Part shown: positions 22,490 through 36,039 of the stretch, piece after piece
How positions within the stretch are numbered: position 1 is the first letter of the stretch
Layout of the letters: each line of letters begins with the position of its first letter
Source: Mobula hypostoma
Lineage: Eukaryota
Direction of reading: 5' to 3'
NCBI RefSeq assembly: GCF_963921235.1
Contig: NC_086097.1
Coordinates: 212,290,001-212,354,000 of the forward strand
DNA: 64,000 nt
Translations under genes and position numbers: made by a program
The notes under the pieces: model-generated
What the model was told of the DNA's origin: nothing
Seen by the model: only the letters and a program-made list of their open reading frames with translations
Databases searched by the model: none

Positions 22490-23100
22490 GATGTGTCATG
22501 GAAAGGATATTGACTGGCTACATCACAGTATGGTATGGAAGCGCATAAGCCCTTGAACAGAAAGTCCTATAAAATGTATTGGGTATGGCCCAGTCCAACA
22601 CGGGTAAAGCCCACCCCATCATTGAGTACATCCACAAGGAGCATTGTTACAGGAAAGTAACATCCATCATCAGGGACCTCCATCTCCCAGTAATGCTCTC
22701 TTATTGCTGCTACCACCAGGTTCAGGAACAGTTATCAAACATCAGGCTCTTGAACCAAGGGGGATAACTTCACTCAACTTCAATTGCCCTGATCACTGAA
22801 ATTTTCCCACAACCTAAGGATTCACTTTAAAGGTCTTTTCATCTCATGTCCTTGACATTTATTGCCTATGTATGTATGTACTGTTTGTATGCACGCATGT
22901 ATCTCTCTCTCTTTTTGTATCTGCACAGCTTGCTTTCTTTTGTCTACTGGATGTATGCCCAGTTTGTGCATTCTTTCATTGATGTGATGGTCATTGGATT
23001 TCTTGAGAATGCCTGCAAGAAAATGAATCTCACGATTATGTATGGTTTTGTATATGTACCTTGATAATAAATTTAATTTGAACTTCGAACTCTTGAACTT
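22490..23100 (+). mobile_element. Rex1/Babar 3' fragment
   Basis: atattgactggctacatcacagtatggtatgg...aataaatttaatttgaacttcgaac, same family as 50300-50990. Confidence 0.75.
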
Positions 23101-25754
23101 TGTATTTTCATTTTCTTCAAAATAATTGCTCACACACGTCATCTGTCCTAACAAAAGCTACATTGCTGCTGCAACTTTCCTTGGAAGTCAATCAATAGAA
23201 GTGAAGGTAACAATGTCAAAACTAAACCTGAGAAATGATTTCAGAGTCAGGACATTAACAATATACTTTGTGATGAGAGTAATCTTGTACTGTATACGAA
23301 AACACAATAATTATTGAGGTCCATGAGATTCCTTTTTTTTCTCTTCCTTATTCATAAGTGTTCTGTGCATTATATACAATCAATGGTAATAAATAATTTC
23401 CAGGTCATGGATTTGGAAAATGGAAAAAACCTCATTGGTAATTTCCAGAGAGGTGAACATTTGGATTGAAATTGCACTGTGTAATATTGGTAAACGATTA
23501 CTTTTTCTATTACTGTTTTATCAAAACACACATCTATATATAAACACTTGAATGTGTTCATGACAAATATTCCATAGCATTATTCCAATCCTAAAGATAG
23601 AGCAGAAAAAGAGAGATTTATTTTGCAAAAATGCAATGTCTGACCTGGCTCTCTTTGTGCTAACACTGGAGAGTTGAAATACATAAAGGCTCTATTCTCC
23701 AGCACTAGCTTCCATCACTTTTTTGAGAACAAATAGATGAAAGTTTACATTGTGACTGGAATTTTATCATTTGCTTTTGTTACTGATCATCATCTCATTT
23801 TCTAACAAGTTGCAATAAGCAGACCAAAAATAGGTAGTGGCCCACATGCCCACACATTTTCAGAAATTGTTCATGAGAATGATTTTATATAATTTACTGT
23901 CAGTTGTTTTGAGTTATGTTTTATTTTACATCAGCGCAATTATGTAATGTTGATTGTGCAGTAGAAATAAATCATAATTATGAGTGTTTTTATATCATGA
24001 TTTAAGATTAAGGCTTTTTTTTCTTGTACTAATTTCATGTAGTAATTATGCTAACCATATTCTACACATTTATCTTGTTGGCTAGAATGGTAAAAAGGCT
24101 ATTTTCAGAAAACTGTGCTCGCTTTGATCGCCATTTGTAGCAGTTTTTGTAGTTTGCATCGAACTGCTGCAAAATGTGGTTTTCTCTTACACGAGGTGAC
24201 TAACAGCAATACCATACTACATATAAATGTTGTTATTCTTATACCTTTAAACCACCTACGTATTTCCTGTGTTTCTTATCAGCACAACAATCAACCATGA
24301 ACTGACATTTTAGCTTGTTAAACTTTATAGAATAGACAGAAAAAAAACCAGAAAAAAAGCAAATGAAGCAGACTGTCTCTTTGCTGCCATTGGATCTGAT
24401 TAAAGGCTCCCCAAAACTGCCATTCAAAAAAAATGGTGCCCAGTTGTATTAAAACAACTGGCAAGCAAAAGGATGTTAACCTGATTCACGGGAATGGCAG
24501 GTAGTTCTGGGAACATTGTCATTTACATATATATATTATATAAATAATATATAAATGAACTCAAGTCAAAACTAGACCATAACCATAAACTAAACCTTGC
24601 ATTTTTAATTTTTTAATCTCCAAGACACCAGGTAGTCCTGTACTACTTCTAATAGTTTGACAAATGTAGTTCATCAAGTGATAATTTAGCTTTACCACTT
24701 TACCCACTACCCTGCTATTCTTGTCACAGAGCTAGGGAATTGATGCTAATCCAGCTGCCCATTCGGTAACATAACAGTCCACACCCGGGAAGGAAAAGGA
24801 GCTTTTTCAAAGTAACATTTTTTTCATATAATCTTCACATGCTGATTTGTTCAAATGCATCTTTGTATATCGAATATAATTTCTTTGGATCAACGTGAAT
24901 TTAAGCTTTAATTTTTTATTCTTCTCAAGCTCTCTGGTAAAACAATTTATTACATTTATATTTTGTCAACAAATACACAATGCACTTGATGTAGAAGCTC
25001 CAATCTTACTGTCAAGTTCAGGTATTTAAAGATCAAACCAAAGATGGGATAAAAGAAGAAAAGGTTTGAAACACTCAGCAAGATATGTAGCATATATTGA
25101 AAGGTCGTAGTTCTGAAATATTAATTCCATTTTCTCTCCTCACATGTTGCCTGATGCATTGAGAATTTCTAATGCCTTTGTTTTAAAAAATTCCAGATTT
25201 CTAGCATCTGACCTTAGAAAACCAAAGTTGGAATTTGAAAGATTTTGCACAAAGACATCAGTCAGAGAGCTCAGAATCAAGGTAGTGATAGACAATATGC
25301 TATCATGCTATGTCAACAATACAGCTAATAGTTCTTATAACTATGGAAATGGTGAGGTAAGCCACGCTCAGAGAGAATGTAGGGATCTGGACAGCCTTTC
25401 CCTACTGAGATGGACCATGCAGGATTGGTGGCAAAAGGAACATTAGGTCTTTGTAGTTATAGAAATACACATGTGTTTGTGAGAAATATCATAGTGTTAT
25501 AATTATAACTTTAGTAGAATATAAGAAACACACTTGTGCTATTTTTCCAATTTGCCTTCTCTGTTGCTGTGGGGGGGGGGGGTTGGCTTTTCAATTGAGT
25601 ATGAATGAATGGGAGGGTATGGTTCAATTGGTGCTACCCCCAAGAGATTATTGGAATGGGTTTCCCACTTGAGTGCTGTTGTGTGCTGTGAGAATTCAGC
25701 CAGGGACAGAAACTGAAAAACCTGCCCTTTCAAACTAGCATCACTTGACATAGT

Positions 25755-27045
25755 AAAAGCAACACACACAAAATTCTGGAGGAACTCTGCAGGCTAGGTG
25801 GCATCTATGGGAAAGAGAACAGTCCACGTTTCGGGCCAAAACTCTTCATCCAGTCAGGAGATAAAAAGATGAGTCAGAGTTTTAAGGTGGGGTGAGGGGG
25901 GGGGAAAAACACAAAGTGATAGGTAAAACCTGGAGGGGGGTGAGGGGTGAAACAGAGCCAGAAAGTTGATTGGTGAAAGAGATACAGGGCTGGAGAAGCA
26001 GGAATCTGAGAGGAGAGGACAAAAGGCCATGGACAACAAAAATGGGGGAGGAGCACCAGAGGGAGGTGATGGGCAGGTAAGGAGACAAGGTGAGAGAGGG
26101 AAAAGAATGGGAAATGGTGAAGGTGGGAGGCATTACTGGAAGTTCAAGAAATCAATCAGGTTGGAGGCTACCCAAACAGAATATAAGGTGTTGCTCCTCC
26201 AACCTGAGTGTGGCCTCATCATGGCAGCAGAGGAGGCGATGGACTGACATGTCAGACTGGGAATGGGAAATGGAATTAAAATGGGTGGCCACTGGGAGAT
26301 CCCACTTTTTCTGGCAGATGGAGCGTAGGTGCTTGCCAAAGCGGTCTCCCAATCTACGTCGGGTCTCAGCAATATAAAGGAGCACTGGATGCAGTAGATA
26401 ACTCCAACAGATTAACAGGTGAAGTGTTGCCTCACCTGGAAGGACTGTTTGGGACCCTGAATGGTAGTGAGGGATTGCAAGGATAAGTGCCAGGAGGCAG
26501 ATCACTGGACAAGGGAGTTGTGTGAGAGTGATCCCTGTGGAAAGCAGAAAGTGTTGGGGGGGGGGAGAGATGTGCTTGGTGGTCAGATTCCGTTAAAGAT
26601 GATGGACGTTCTGGAGAATTACATGCTGGACATGGAGGCTGGTAGGTTGGTAGGTGGGGACAACAGGAACCCTATCCCTGGTGGAGTGGCAGGAGGATGG
26701 GGTGAGGGCAGACATGTGAAAAAATTGAAGTGGTGTGGTTGAGGGCAGCATTGATGGTGAAGGAAGACATCTCCTTTGTTCTGGAATGAAAACCCTCATC
26801 CTGAGAGTAGATGCAGAGGAGACGAAGGAATTGAGAGAAGGGGATGGCATTTTTACAAGTAACAGGGTAGGAAAAGGTATAGTCCAGGTAGAATCAGTGG
26901 GTTTATAATAGACATCAGTAGATAAGCTGCTCCACAGACGGAAACAGAAAGATTGAAAAAGGGGGAGGGAGGTGTCAGAAATCAACCAAGTAAATTTGAG
27001 GGTAGGGTGGAAGTTGGAGGTAAGTTTGATGAAGTCGATGAACAC
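25755..27045 (-). mobile_element. Penelope-like element 3' part (RT thumb + GIY-YIG + pseudo-LTR), decayed
   Basis: FIDFIKLTSNFHPTLKFTW...STDVYYKPTDS; RDRVPVVPTYQP; LYIAETRRRLGDRFGKHLRS...DLPVATHFN. Confidence 0.9.
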
Positions 27046-28979
27046 TTGACATAATTACTGGTGCTAACAAGTTGTCCATTAGTCTTCTGATTTTTTTGTG
27101 CACTCTGACTAGAAGATGCTCCAGCAGTTATCTGGAAGCAAAAAGCTGAGACCATTGGTTAATTGTATGCACATTTAATAAGTGGTCAGCAGGTCCAGAA
27201 GAAAGAAAATATTATTCTGAGTTGATGCAGATTTCTGTCACAACTAGGTGTGATACCCACATCCTCCAGAATCACACTCTATTATAATGGCATTGCCTCC
27301 AGTGTGTTCAAACTCTCTTTTGTTCAAGTTGGTGCTGAAATTCTGATATAACTCCACAGCAGGATATGTTTGCTGCTAACAATCATCTTGACCCTGATCT
27401 AAAGTCCAGTCATGTGTATCCATCTACATTCAAGTCTCATTATCCAACAAAGTACAGAAGTAAACCTTTATCCTCTGATAATGAGCACTGCATAGTTATG
27501 ATTTAACTTGTTTCACTTTAATGAGTTGCCATCTTGAATTTGCCTTCATTTCAATGGCAATGACAAACTTCAGGATGTTCAGTTAGCATCTTAACATTTG
27601 AATACTTATTAAAATATTCTTAAATTCAATAATTTTATATATGAACATAAAGTAATGATTGACAAATAAAATTCCTCCAATCTATCCAATCCAACACACA
27701 CAACTTTCACAGTCTGGCACAACCCAAAAGGTCCTTAATAGAGGTGAAAAAATATCCCTAAGACAATTTGGGAAAAAATTGAGAACTTCCTCTAAAGCAC
27801 ATCTAATTAGTCAAACCTATCCCAGGAGATAATTCCGGTCCTTAATTTCCTGGAATCACTACCCTTGTTAATATGTTTTGTTTAAAGGAATGGGTATCTA
27901 TCAATTGAGACCATATCCTGTTTTAAAGTCAGCTTCTCTCTGGGAAAAGAATTACAGTCTGCAATCCAATATGGATTTTATTTTGTATAACTCAAAATTG
28001 TGACCGTGATTCTTCTTGACTGATATTTGTAGGACAGATTGTCAACTAGAACACAGTCTTTTGCCATTTATCATCTATTAATGGCCAATTTTCTTGAGTT
28101 TTCTCTCAAAATTGTGAGAATTACAATCCACCTTCATTAGAGCCTGACAGACTTCAAGAGTGGATGTCAGGACAGTGGGGGTGGAAAGGGCAAAGGATAG
28201 CTTTGAATGGCTAAGATCAGAATTCCATATGAAAGGAGTTTCCACTGTATTCATCAATCTGGGGGTCATATCTTAGAGCAGTTATAGCAGGGGAATAGAC
28301 ACACCCAATTTAGAGCCATAGAATCTTTGGCACTGTGCATGTCTCTAGGCCACAGGCAGCGCAAGCTGAAGCTTTGCCTATGGACCACCCTGACTGCTTT
28401 GTAACAGCTCAACTTGCACTAATGTTTTTGCATTATATCCAAATGTCCTTGATGATTAAATAGACTCAGAAATAGTTGGGAAAATAAAATTTATATTTTT
28501 AAAGTAAATATTATTAATGCAAAATAGTAAATTAGCTTAAATACTGAATTAGTTGAAACATTAATATTAATTAAAATAAACTGAAAACCGAAACCATTCA
28601 CTTTTTCAATGACGCTGAGTGGCCACCTTAAAACCAATAAGGCTGAGTTAAACATGTCAATTGGCATAATGCTGAGGAGCCTCCTGCGAAGTGTGTACGG
28701 GGGTCTCTGTTTACGTTATTAAATTACTCCCCAGAATCACTGGTGAGACAAGGGTCAAAGGGAGCAGGCAGCTGCACTGCTTCTAATCTGAAGTACACTT
28801 TATGTTTTCATAGTGCACTGGGTAGGCACTAAAATCTGGAACGTGTTGACACACTGGGAGCTGCCTGTTCTGTACTGAAGTGTCAGGAAGTGTAGAGGAG
28901 ACTTGATCTAGACAAGGAGCACCTCCATTACTAGTTCGGATAGCAGAGAACGGAAGTGGTAGTGAAGCAGCCCAAGTTC

Positions 28980-30420
28980 CTCAAAATCCTGGTGTATGTT
29001 AGCGGACAAGTTTATCCATAAGATGCGTTTCTTAGTGAGGGAGGTGAGAGGAGTGGTGATTTGGCTGTAGTTTCTGATGAGCTGGTGGTAGAGGTCGGAG
29101 AATCCTAAGAAGTGTTGTAGCTGTTTGAGGGTAAAAGGTTGTGTGCCCTTTCTATGAGCTGATGATTATGCTTTGGGGTGAAAAGACATAACCCAGGAAG
29201 GAAATGACTGGGATGTGGAACTGGCATTTGTCTAACTTGCAGTACAGATGGTTTTTGAGGAGATGCTGAAGGACTGATCGGACATAACAGAGGTGGCCTT
29301 GGGTGCCCTTGGAGAGGATCAGGATGTTGTCAAGGTAGATGAATACATACCTGTGTAGCAGGTCTTGGAGGATCAAGTTGATGAAGCCTTGGAACACGGC
29401 TGAACTGTTGGAAAGCTCGAAAGGCGTCACAAGTATTTGTAGTGGCCAGTGTTACGTATGGAGTCTTCCACTCATACCCTGGTGGAGGCTGATCATGTTG
29501 GATGCACTCCGTAGTTCCAACTTGTTGAGTGTCTGGGACCTGTGGAGTGTTTCAAATGTGCTGTCCATCAAATGGAGATGGTACCAATTTTTAATGGTGA
29601 TGCCACATGAGTCAATGCAGGGATGAAGACCCTTATCTTTCTTCTTGACAAAGGAGAATCCTGCATCGGCAGGGTATTGGGATGGTTGAATGAAGCTATG
29701 CTGTAGTCCTTCAGTGATGCAGTCATTCATGGCTTAGGTCTCAGGCGGGGAGAGGGAGAACAGATGATCTTGGGGAGGGGTGGTGGCGGGGAGGAAGTTG
29801 TTTGGACAGTCGTGTGGTCTGTGAGGCAGCAAGGTGCTAGCCTTTCTTTATTGAAAACAATGGCTAAGTCGTGGTATTCCTGTAGGAGTTCCTCCTCCTC
29901 CATGGATTTACGGGGTGAGGTCGCAGGCAGGTGGTCCTACAGGTGGGTTTTCAACTCAGCAGTGAACTGGACGACTAGGTGAACCGAGGGTCGTGAGTGG
30001 AGTGCCAGGGGTAACTTAAGTTGAGTGGAGTGTTGGATGAGTGGATCAGGAAGAATTCGATAGGCTCATGGTGCTCTCCTATATTCAACTGCACAGGCCA
30101 CATGCACACTCTGACCATCCCAGACATCAAGGGACATCTGTCAATGGCCGAGATGCAAAAGGGGTGAGTGGTTGTCTTGGTAGGGAGTCTGAGTTGCACA
30201 CTGAGAATGGTCCAGAAAGTTGCACCGGAATCCACCAGAGACTGCCGTTTGTTAGAGCCGTTGGGGTGTGGAGGAAGACAGAGAGAGTGAGTTGGGCTAC
30301 GGTGCTGGAACAAGGAGTCAAGGGGAGCTTACCCGATAGAAATCCCCTCGTCTCAACTTAGTGGTTCCATTTTCCAAGACGTAGTGCCATTTGATGCATG
30401 GGTGATCAGCAGCACGCTCA
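28980..30420 (-). mobile_element. Ty3/Gypsy LTR retrotransposon pol remnant (protease, RT)
   Basis: LVDSGAT protease motif; FIQPSQYPADAGFSFVKKKDKGLHPCID; PFELSNSSAVFQGFIN...YVFIYLDNILI; CKLDKCQF...FLGYV; LQHFLGF. Confidence 0.9.
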
Positions 30421-30439
30421 TGCTCTTGACGAGTTAATG

Positions 30440-31039
30440 TGAAAAGAGAGAAAAAATACAAATTGTGCAAAAGAAACAAAATGAAGCAAACAACATTTAG
30501 AATGAAAGTCAGTCCTCAGTCAAGAATCCCAGAGCAGCAGGAGCAGGCCCCAGCCCCAGCCCCAGTGCTGCGCAGTGCTGAGCAAATGTCGCGTAGCAGC
30601 AAGTAGAACCTGCCCAGCCCTTTGGCCCCCTCACCCTGCCTTTTCAATCCATTTGGCCCAGCAATTAAATTGTCCAAACACAGGGTCACTTCTCGCTCCA
30701 AGACCTGGGCCCTGTCACATCGATATGTTCTAGGCTTGGACCCCCACCACTGCATTTCGGCTCGTACCCGACCTTTCCAAATCAGCCTGGCACTTAGATC
30801 GATTAAAGCTCGCTCTTGGTTTAGACGGATGGGCCTCAAATCCACTTCCCTTCTGCTCTAACTTTACACCATTCTGTCCATCTCAACTTCACCTTGAACA
30901 TGCCTCAAACTCGCCCCAACTTCACCTCGCACCTGCACACTTTGACCATATTAATACTTTATTAATAAGTGTTTAGTTGTATTCCTTTTGTTAACTGCCA
31001 GCAAGTACCCTCTCATCTTCAGTAGTGCCATCTTAAACT
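30440..31039 (-). mobile_element. Non-autonomous retroposon (family of 3290-4118)
   Basis: Shared internal blocks and gccatcttaaact terminus. Confidence 0.6.
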
Positions 31040-31393
31040 ATTATATTTACCTCATGACAACAAACTGTAATCTGTACAGGGTCCATGACCTCCCTGTTGC
31101 ACTGCATCACATTTGTAGATTCTGTGTCTGTCTCTCCAGTAAATACAGATACAAAAAATCCATTTAACATCTCCCCAGTCTTTTTTTGTTCCATGCATAG
31201 ATTACATTCTGAACTTCCAGAGGACCAATTTTGTCCCTTGCTATCTTTTTGCTCTTAATATACATGTAGAACTCCCTAGGATTCTCCTTCAACTTGTCTG
31301 CTAGAGCAACCTTAGGTCTTCTTTTAGCCCTCCTGATTTCCTTAAGTTTTCTCTTGCATTTCTTTTACACTTTAAGGGCCTCATTTGTTCCTG

Positions 31394-31521
31394 CTGAAGG
31401 GTATCGGCCCTAAACGTCGACTGTACTCTTTTCCTAGATGTTGCCTGGTCTGCTGAGTTCTTTAAGGATTTTGTATGTGTTGCTTGGATTTCCAGCATCT
31501 ACACATTTTCTCCTGTTTCTT
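31394..31521 (+). mobile_element. Solo PLE pseudo-LTR fragment
   Basis: Degenerate hammerhead then gatgttgcctggtctgctgag; flanked by ATTTGTTCCTG at 31383-31393 and 31522-31532. Confidence 0.75.
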
Positions 31522-31651
31522 ATTTGTTCCTGTCTACCTATACCTGCTATGCAACTCCTATGTTTTCTGAACCAGGGCCTCAATATCTCTTAACCAGGGC
31601 TTCAATATAAAACCAAGCCTCCATAAACCTGTTATCCTCGCCTTTTATTCT

Positions 31652-31888
31652 TTCTTTTTTTTTTGAAAGCATGTCATACCAGATATTCAGCCATTCATGT
31701 CTGGCACGTGGTGTCAGGATTAACCAGGTCACATTATGAACGCTCCTGGCTCGACCCTTGTATTATTTACGAGGCCAAGTGGCTAGCTCGACACTCAACC
31801 CGGCACGGATGGAAAGTGTGCTTGAGGGTGGCCCGACCTGGATTCGAACTTGGGAACCTTCGCTCTGGAGTCCGGAGCTGATCTCACT
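31652..31888 (-). mobile_element. tRNA-derived SINE with A-rich tail
   Basis: Minus-strand B-box agttcgaatcc, poly(A) tail, flanking duplication cttttattct. Confidence 0.75.
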
Positions 31889-32228
31889 TTTATTCTAACA
31901 GGAACAGACAAACTTGTACTCTCAAAGTTTCACTTTTGAAAGCTTCCCACTAACCAAGTACACCTTTGTGAGAAAACAACCTGCCCAGTTTTCACTTGCC
32001 AGACCCTTTCTGATACAAAAATTGGCCTTTCTCCAACTTCGAATCTCAACTCCAAGATCAAACCAATCCTTTTCCTTAGTTACCGTGAAACTAATGGCAT
32101 TACGATCACCAGATGCAGAGTATTCCTTCACACAAATTTCTGTCACCTGCCCTGTCTCATTTCCTAATAGGAGATCTAGTATCACACTCTCTCTAGTTGG
32201 GACTTTATGTACTGATTAAAGAACCTTT

Positions 32229-32567
32229 AATCTTTAACGCCCACCTTTTCTATGTGGGCACATGGCCAAGTGGTTAAGGCATTCGACTTGCGACCTGAAG
32301 ATCGTGAGTTCGAGCCCCAGCCGAGGCAGTGTGTTGTGTCCTTGAGCAAGGCACTTAACCACACATTGCTCTACGACGACACCGGTGCCAAGCTGTATCT
32401 ACCCTTGCCCTTCCCTTGGACAACATCGGTGTCATGGAGAGGGGAGACTTGCAGCATGGGCAACTGCTGGTCTTCCATACAATCTTGCCCAGGCCTGCGC
32501 CGTGGAGAGTGAAGACTTTCCAGGCACAGATCCATGGTCTCGCAAGACTAACGGATGCCAAAAAAAG
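32229..32567 (+). mobile_element. tRNA-derived CORE-like SINE
   Basis: A-box TGGCCAAGTGG, B-box GAGTTCGAGCC, CORE-like gtgtccttgagcaaggcacttaacc, flanking duplication aaagaaccttt. Confidence 0.8.
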
Positions 32568-32899
32568 AACCTTTGCTGAACACATTTGACAAACTCTTTC
32601 CTATCCAACCCTTTTACAATATGGGAGTCCCAGTCAATATGTGAAAAGTTAAAAATCACGTACTATAAAAATCTTATGTTTCTTTCAACAGTTTGTGACC
32701 CCTCTACAAATTTTCTCCTCAAAATCCCGCAGATTGTTGGATGGTCTATAATTTAATCCCATTAATGTGGTCGCACGTTTCTTATTCCTCAGTTCCACCC
32801 ATAAAGCCTCACTAGATAAGCTCTCCAGTCTGTTCTGACTGAGCACTGTCATGACAGCTTCCCTGACCAGTAACGTCATCTCACCCCCTTTAATGTTTC

Positions 32900-33580
32900 C
32901 ATCCAGGGGGTCAGTGTGGACATGGTGGAGGATTACAAATGCCTGGGGATATGAATTGACAATAAACTGGACTGGTCAAAGAACACTGAGGCTGTCTACA
33001 AGAAGGGTCAGAGCCGTCTCTATTTCCTGAGGAGACTGAGGTCCTTTAACATCTGCCGGACGATGCTGAGGATGTTCTACGAGTCTGTGGTGGCCAGTGC
33101 GATCATGCTTGCTGTTGTGTGCTGGGGCAGCAGGCTGAGGGTAGCAGACACCAACAGAATTAACAAACTCATTCGTAAGGCCAGTGAAGTTGTGGGGATG
33201 GAACTGGACTCTCTGATGGTGGTGTCTGAAAAGAGGATGCTGTCTAAGTTGCATGCCATCTTGGTCAATGTCTCCCATCCACTACATAAAGTACTGGGTG
33301 GGCACAGGAGTACATTCAGCCAGAGACTCATTCCTCCGAGATGCAGCACAGAGCGTCATAGGAAGTCATTCCTGCCTGTGGCCATCAAACTTTACAACTC
33401 CTCCCTTGGAGGGCCAGACACCCTGAGCCAATGGGCTGGTCCTGGACCTATTTCCTGGCATAATTTACATATTACTATTTAACTATTTATGGTTTTATTA
33501 CTATTTAATTATTTATGGTGCAACTGTAACGAAAACCAATTTCCCCCGGGATCAATAACGTATGACTATGACTATGACTA
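32900..33580 (+). mobile_element. Rex1/Babar LINE 3' fragment, relatively young
   Basis: KKGQSRLYFLRRLRSF...MLRMFYESVVASAI...SHPLH...KSFLPVAIKLYN; (tatgac)n tail. Confidence 0.9.
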
Positions 33581-33894
33581 ATCTCTCCCAGTTTCCTATA
33601 TCTAAACCAACAGAACCCTGGGACATTGAGCTGCCAGCCCTGCTCTTCCTGTAACCAAGTCTCACTAATGGTTAAAATGTCATAACTCCATATGCTGATC
33701 AATGCCCCAAGGTCATCTGCCTTTCCTACAATAGTCCTTGCATTGAAATATAGGCAGCTGAGGACATTAGTCCCATCATGCTCAGCCTTTCAATGACTGA
33801 TTTTGTATGTTGGCTAAACATCTTTCTCCACAGCCACTTCATTATCTATGCAGGCACTCTGGTTCCCATCCGCCTGCGACTCTAGTTATCAATC

Positions 33895-34330
33895 TCAGTG
33901 GTAAAATCTTCATATCGATTGCAAATGGGGGTTTTATTGTCAGAGCTTACCCTACCCAGTCAAGAGAGAAATGACGAAGACAATCTTGGCCCGGTCCATA
34001 GAATACAGAGCTGGAGCTCGAAGCGTAATAGGCACTGGGCAGGAAGTTGCAGCATCGGGTTGGGATTCTATCAAAGTGTTCGGGCACCAAAAGGTGTGGG
34101 GCTCCGAGAGAGGAGGTTGACTGCTGGTGCAGGGTTGCTGTACTGAGATGGTGAGTTGGTTGAGAGTGGCGAGCAGATGGTCGGAGAACAGATACTTACA
34201 ATGACAAGGCAACAAGATATCTGTAGATCAGGAGCAACTGGTTGAGGCTGTCTGGTTCATATGAGTGAACAAGGGTTATGGATGAAAGCTGGGTTTAAAT
34301 CCGCAATGGGTGAAGAAGTCGGAAACGAGT
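33895..34330 (-). mobile_element. Ty3/Gypsy gag remnant
   Basis: DRAKIVFVISLLTG*AL, the typical sushi/PEG10-like gag motif, preceded by a PEHFD-like segment. Confidence 0.7.
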
Positions 34331-36039
34331 GGCAAATGAGTCTGAGCGGGGGGAAACTGGGAGGAGCCTTGGCCATCAGCATTAGCTAGCTCTGCGATCT
34401 ATTGCGATAAGCTGTTTCAATCCTTAAAGTAGTTGTCACTTGGCACACTTTTCATAATGTACACCAATAACCTGTTCCATTCCCACAGACGAAGTTTAGA
34501 CATTTCGAACTTTAGAAATTAAAGATTAAATCATATCTTCTATCAGAGAAGCATTATTTTTGAATTCTGTGAAAGAATGATTAGAAAAAAAAAGGACATT
34601 GTGAATGCACCAAGGACTGAATACTCCGACTGATAACCCAAGAAATCATGACCTTATTAGATCTCAGCTTCATTCTGTATATCCTTCAGGCAAAATATCA
34701 ATACTGCTCAGGCAATTGCAGAGAGCATTTCATTTACTTGAACTGTATGAATGACATTCTGAGCTTTTTGATATTAACAGGAAAAGGTATTTTTATTAAA
34801 AGCAACCACCATGTCTTATAGTTGAGACCACATAGAAAATCTTATCACTTAGAAAGTAGAGGGTGGTGGGAACAGGTATAAACATTATGCAGATTTCAGG
34901 GAGATAGCTTCTAACCAAAATCTCTGTGTTGTTTGATGACTGCTACTTAAATGTGTAATAATATAATCATCCCATGACTGAGTCAGTAAAATGTTACACA
35001 TAATAGTTCATTTCAGGCAGATTGAGGTTGATAACGCAACTACACAAAGTTTTGTTTTTTAAATTTTACTGTTAAAATCACTTTCAGGAAAGGATGCTGC
35101 TCACTAACACTGTAACCTCTATCCTCACCCCCACATGCTGGTAAATATGTAATAGGCATTGCATGTAATCTCACAGAACATAAACCGAAGTAGGGCAAGA
35201 GAAAAAAAAACACATCTTTGATTTATTACAGATAAATCCTATAGTATTTCTCCATTTTCCTGTAAATGCCTGTATGCAGATGAATCTGAAGGCCGTAAAT
35301 GGTGCCATATGTGTACTTTGATAATAAATTTACTCTGAACTTTTGAAATGATGATTTACCAAATCACTGATAATTCTAACAATGTTGTCCAAACTCAGAA
35401 AGAATTATGTTGACAGTTGAAGGAAGCAAAGCTTGTCAATAGGAAGCTATCAACACAGGTAACAAAAGGATACGTTGTTAAATTCAAGTGATCAACTTTC
35501 CAGGAGAGGGCATTTTAATATGATCTGATATTTCTGAACATTCCATTCTAAGTATTTGTTCTGAGTAATTCAGCAGAGTTTCAGGTTTGGTCTTGGTATA
35601 CTCCTTATTCAAATCTAGATATACTCCCCCACCAGTATTTAGGGATGTAACACTCCAAAGAACATTGAAGTCGCAGGTTTTTCACATATATTGTCCAAAG
35701 AAATACCTCAGCTAATATTAAGGCACAGGCTGATACTATTAGCACACATTGTGGCAAAAAAGATGGCAAGAAATAGCAAATAGGCTGCCTTTACTAGGGA
35801 GAACGTTACATAATTCTCAGATGGTCTTATTTGATAAAAAGGCTAAAATTTGCTAGGAGTAAAATGAAACTTTGAGAGAGGAGCATCAGATTAAGCTGAA
35901 GGATGAATACCTTGTTAGAGAGATAGGGTGCATCTCTTCCAATATGGACAATAGACTGACATTTCCAAAGTTCAATATTCAAAGTATATTTATTATCTAA
36001 GTACACATGTCACCATATACAACCCAGAGATCATTTTAC

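Larger units (their letters stand above)
31065..33890 (-). mobile_element. CR1 ORF2 5' region (endonuclease/linker) split by four younger insertions
   Basis: WSYDILTISETWL (33505-33702), LWVELRNKK (32685-32879), FNFSHIDW...EFVKCVQ (32575-32659), ILDLLLGNETGQV (31922-32185). Confidence 0.85.

Noticed and set aside
24108..24500. Exon-like stretches with raised CpG
   Set aside because: Splice sites are weak or frames close early; no identifiable product on either strand.
32254..32325. tRNA gene
   Set aside because: The A/B boxes belong to a SINE head that continues into a CORE-like body, with tail and TSD.
33895..34330. Domesticated gag gene (PEG10/RTL-like)
   Set aside because: Stops and frameshifts, and collinear with a decayed pol.
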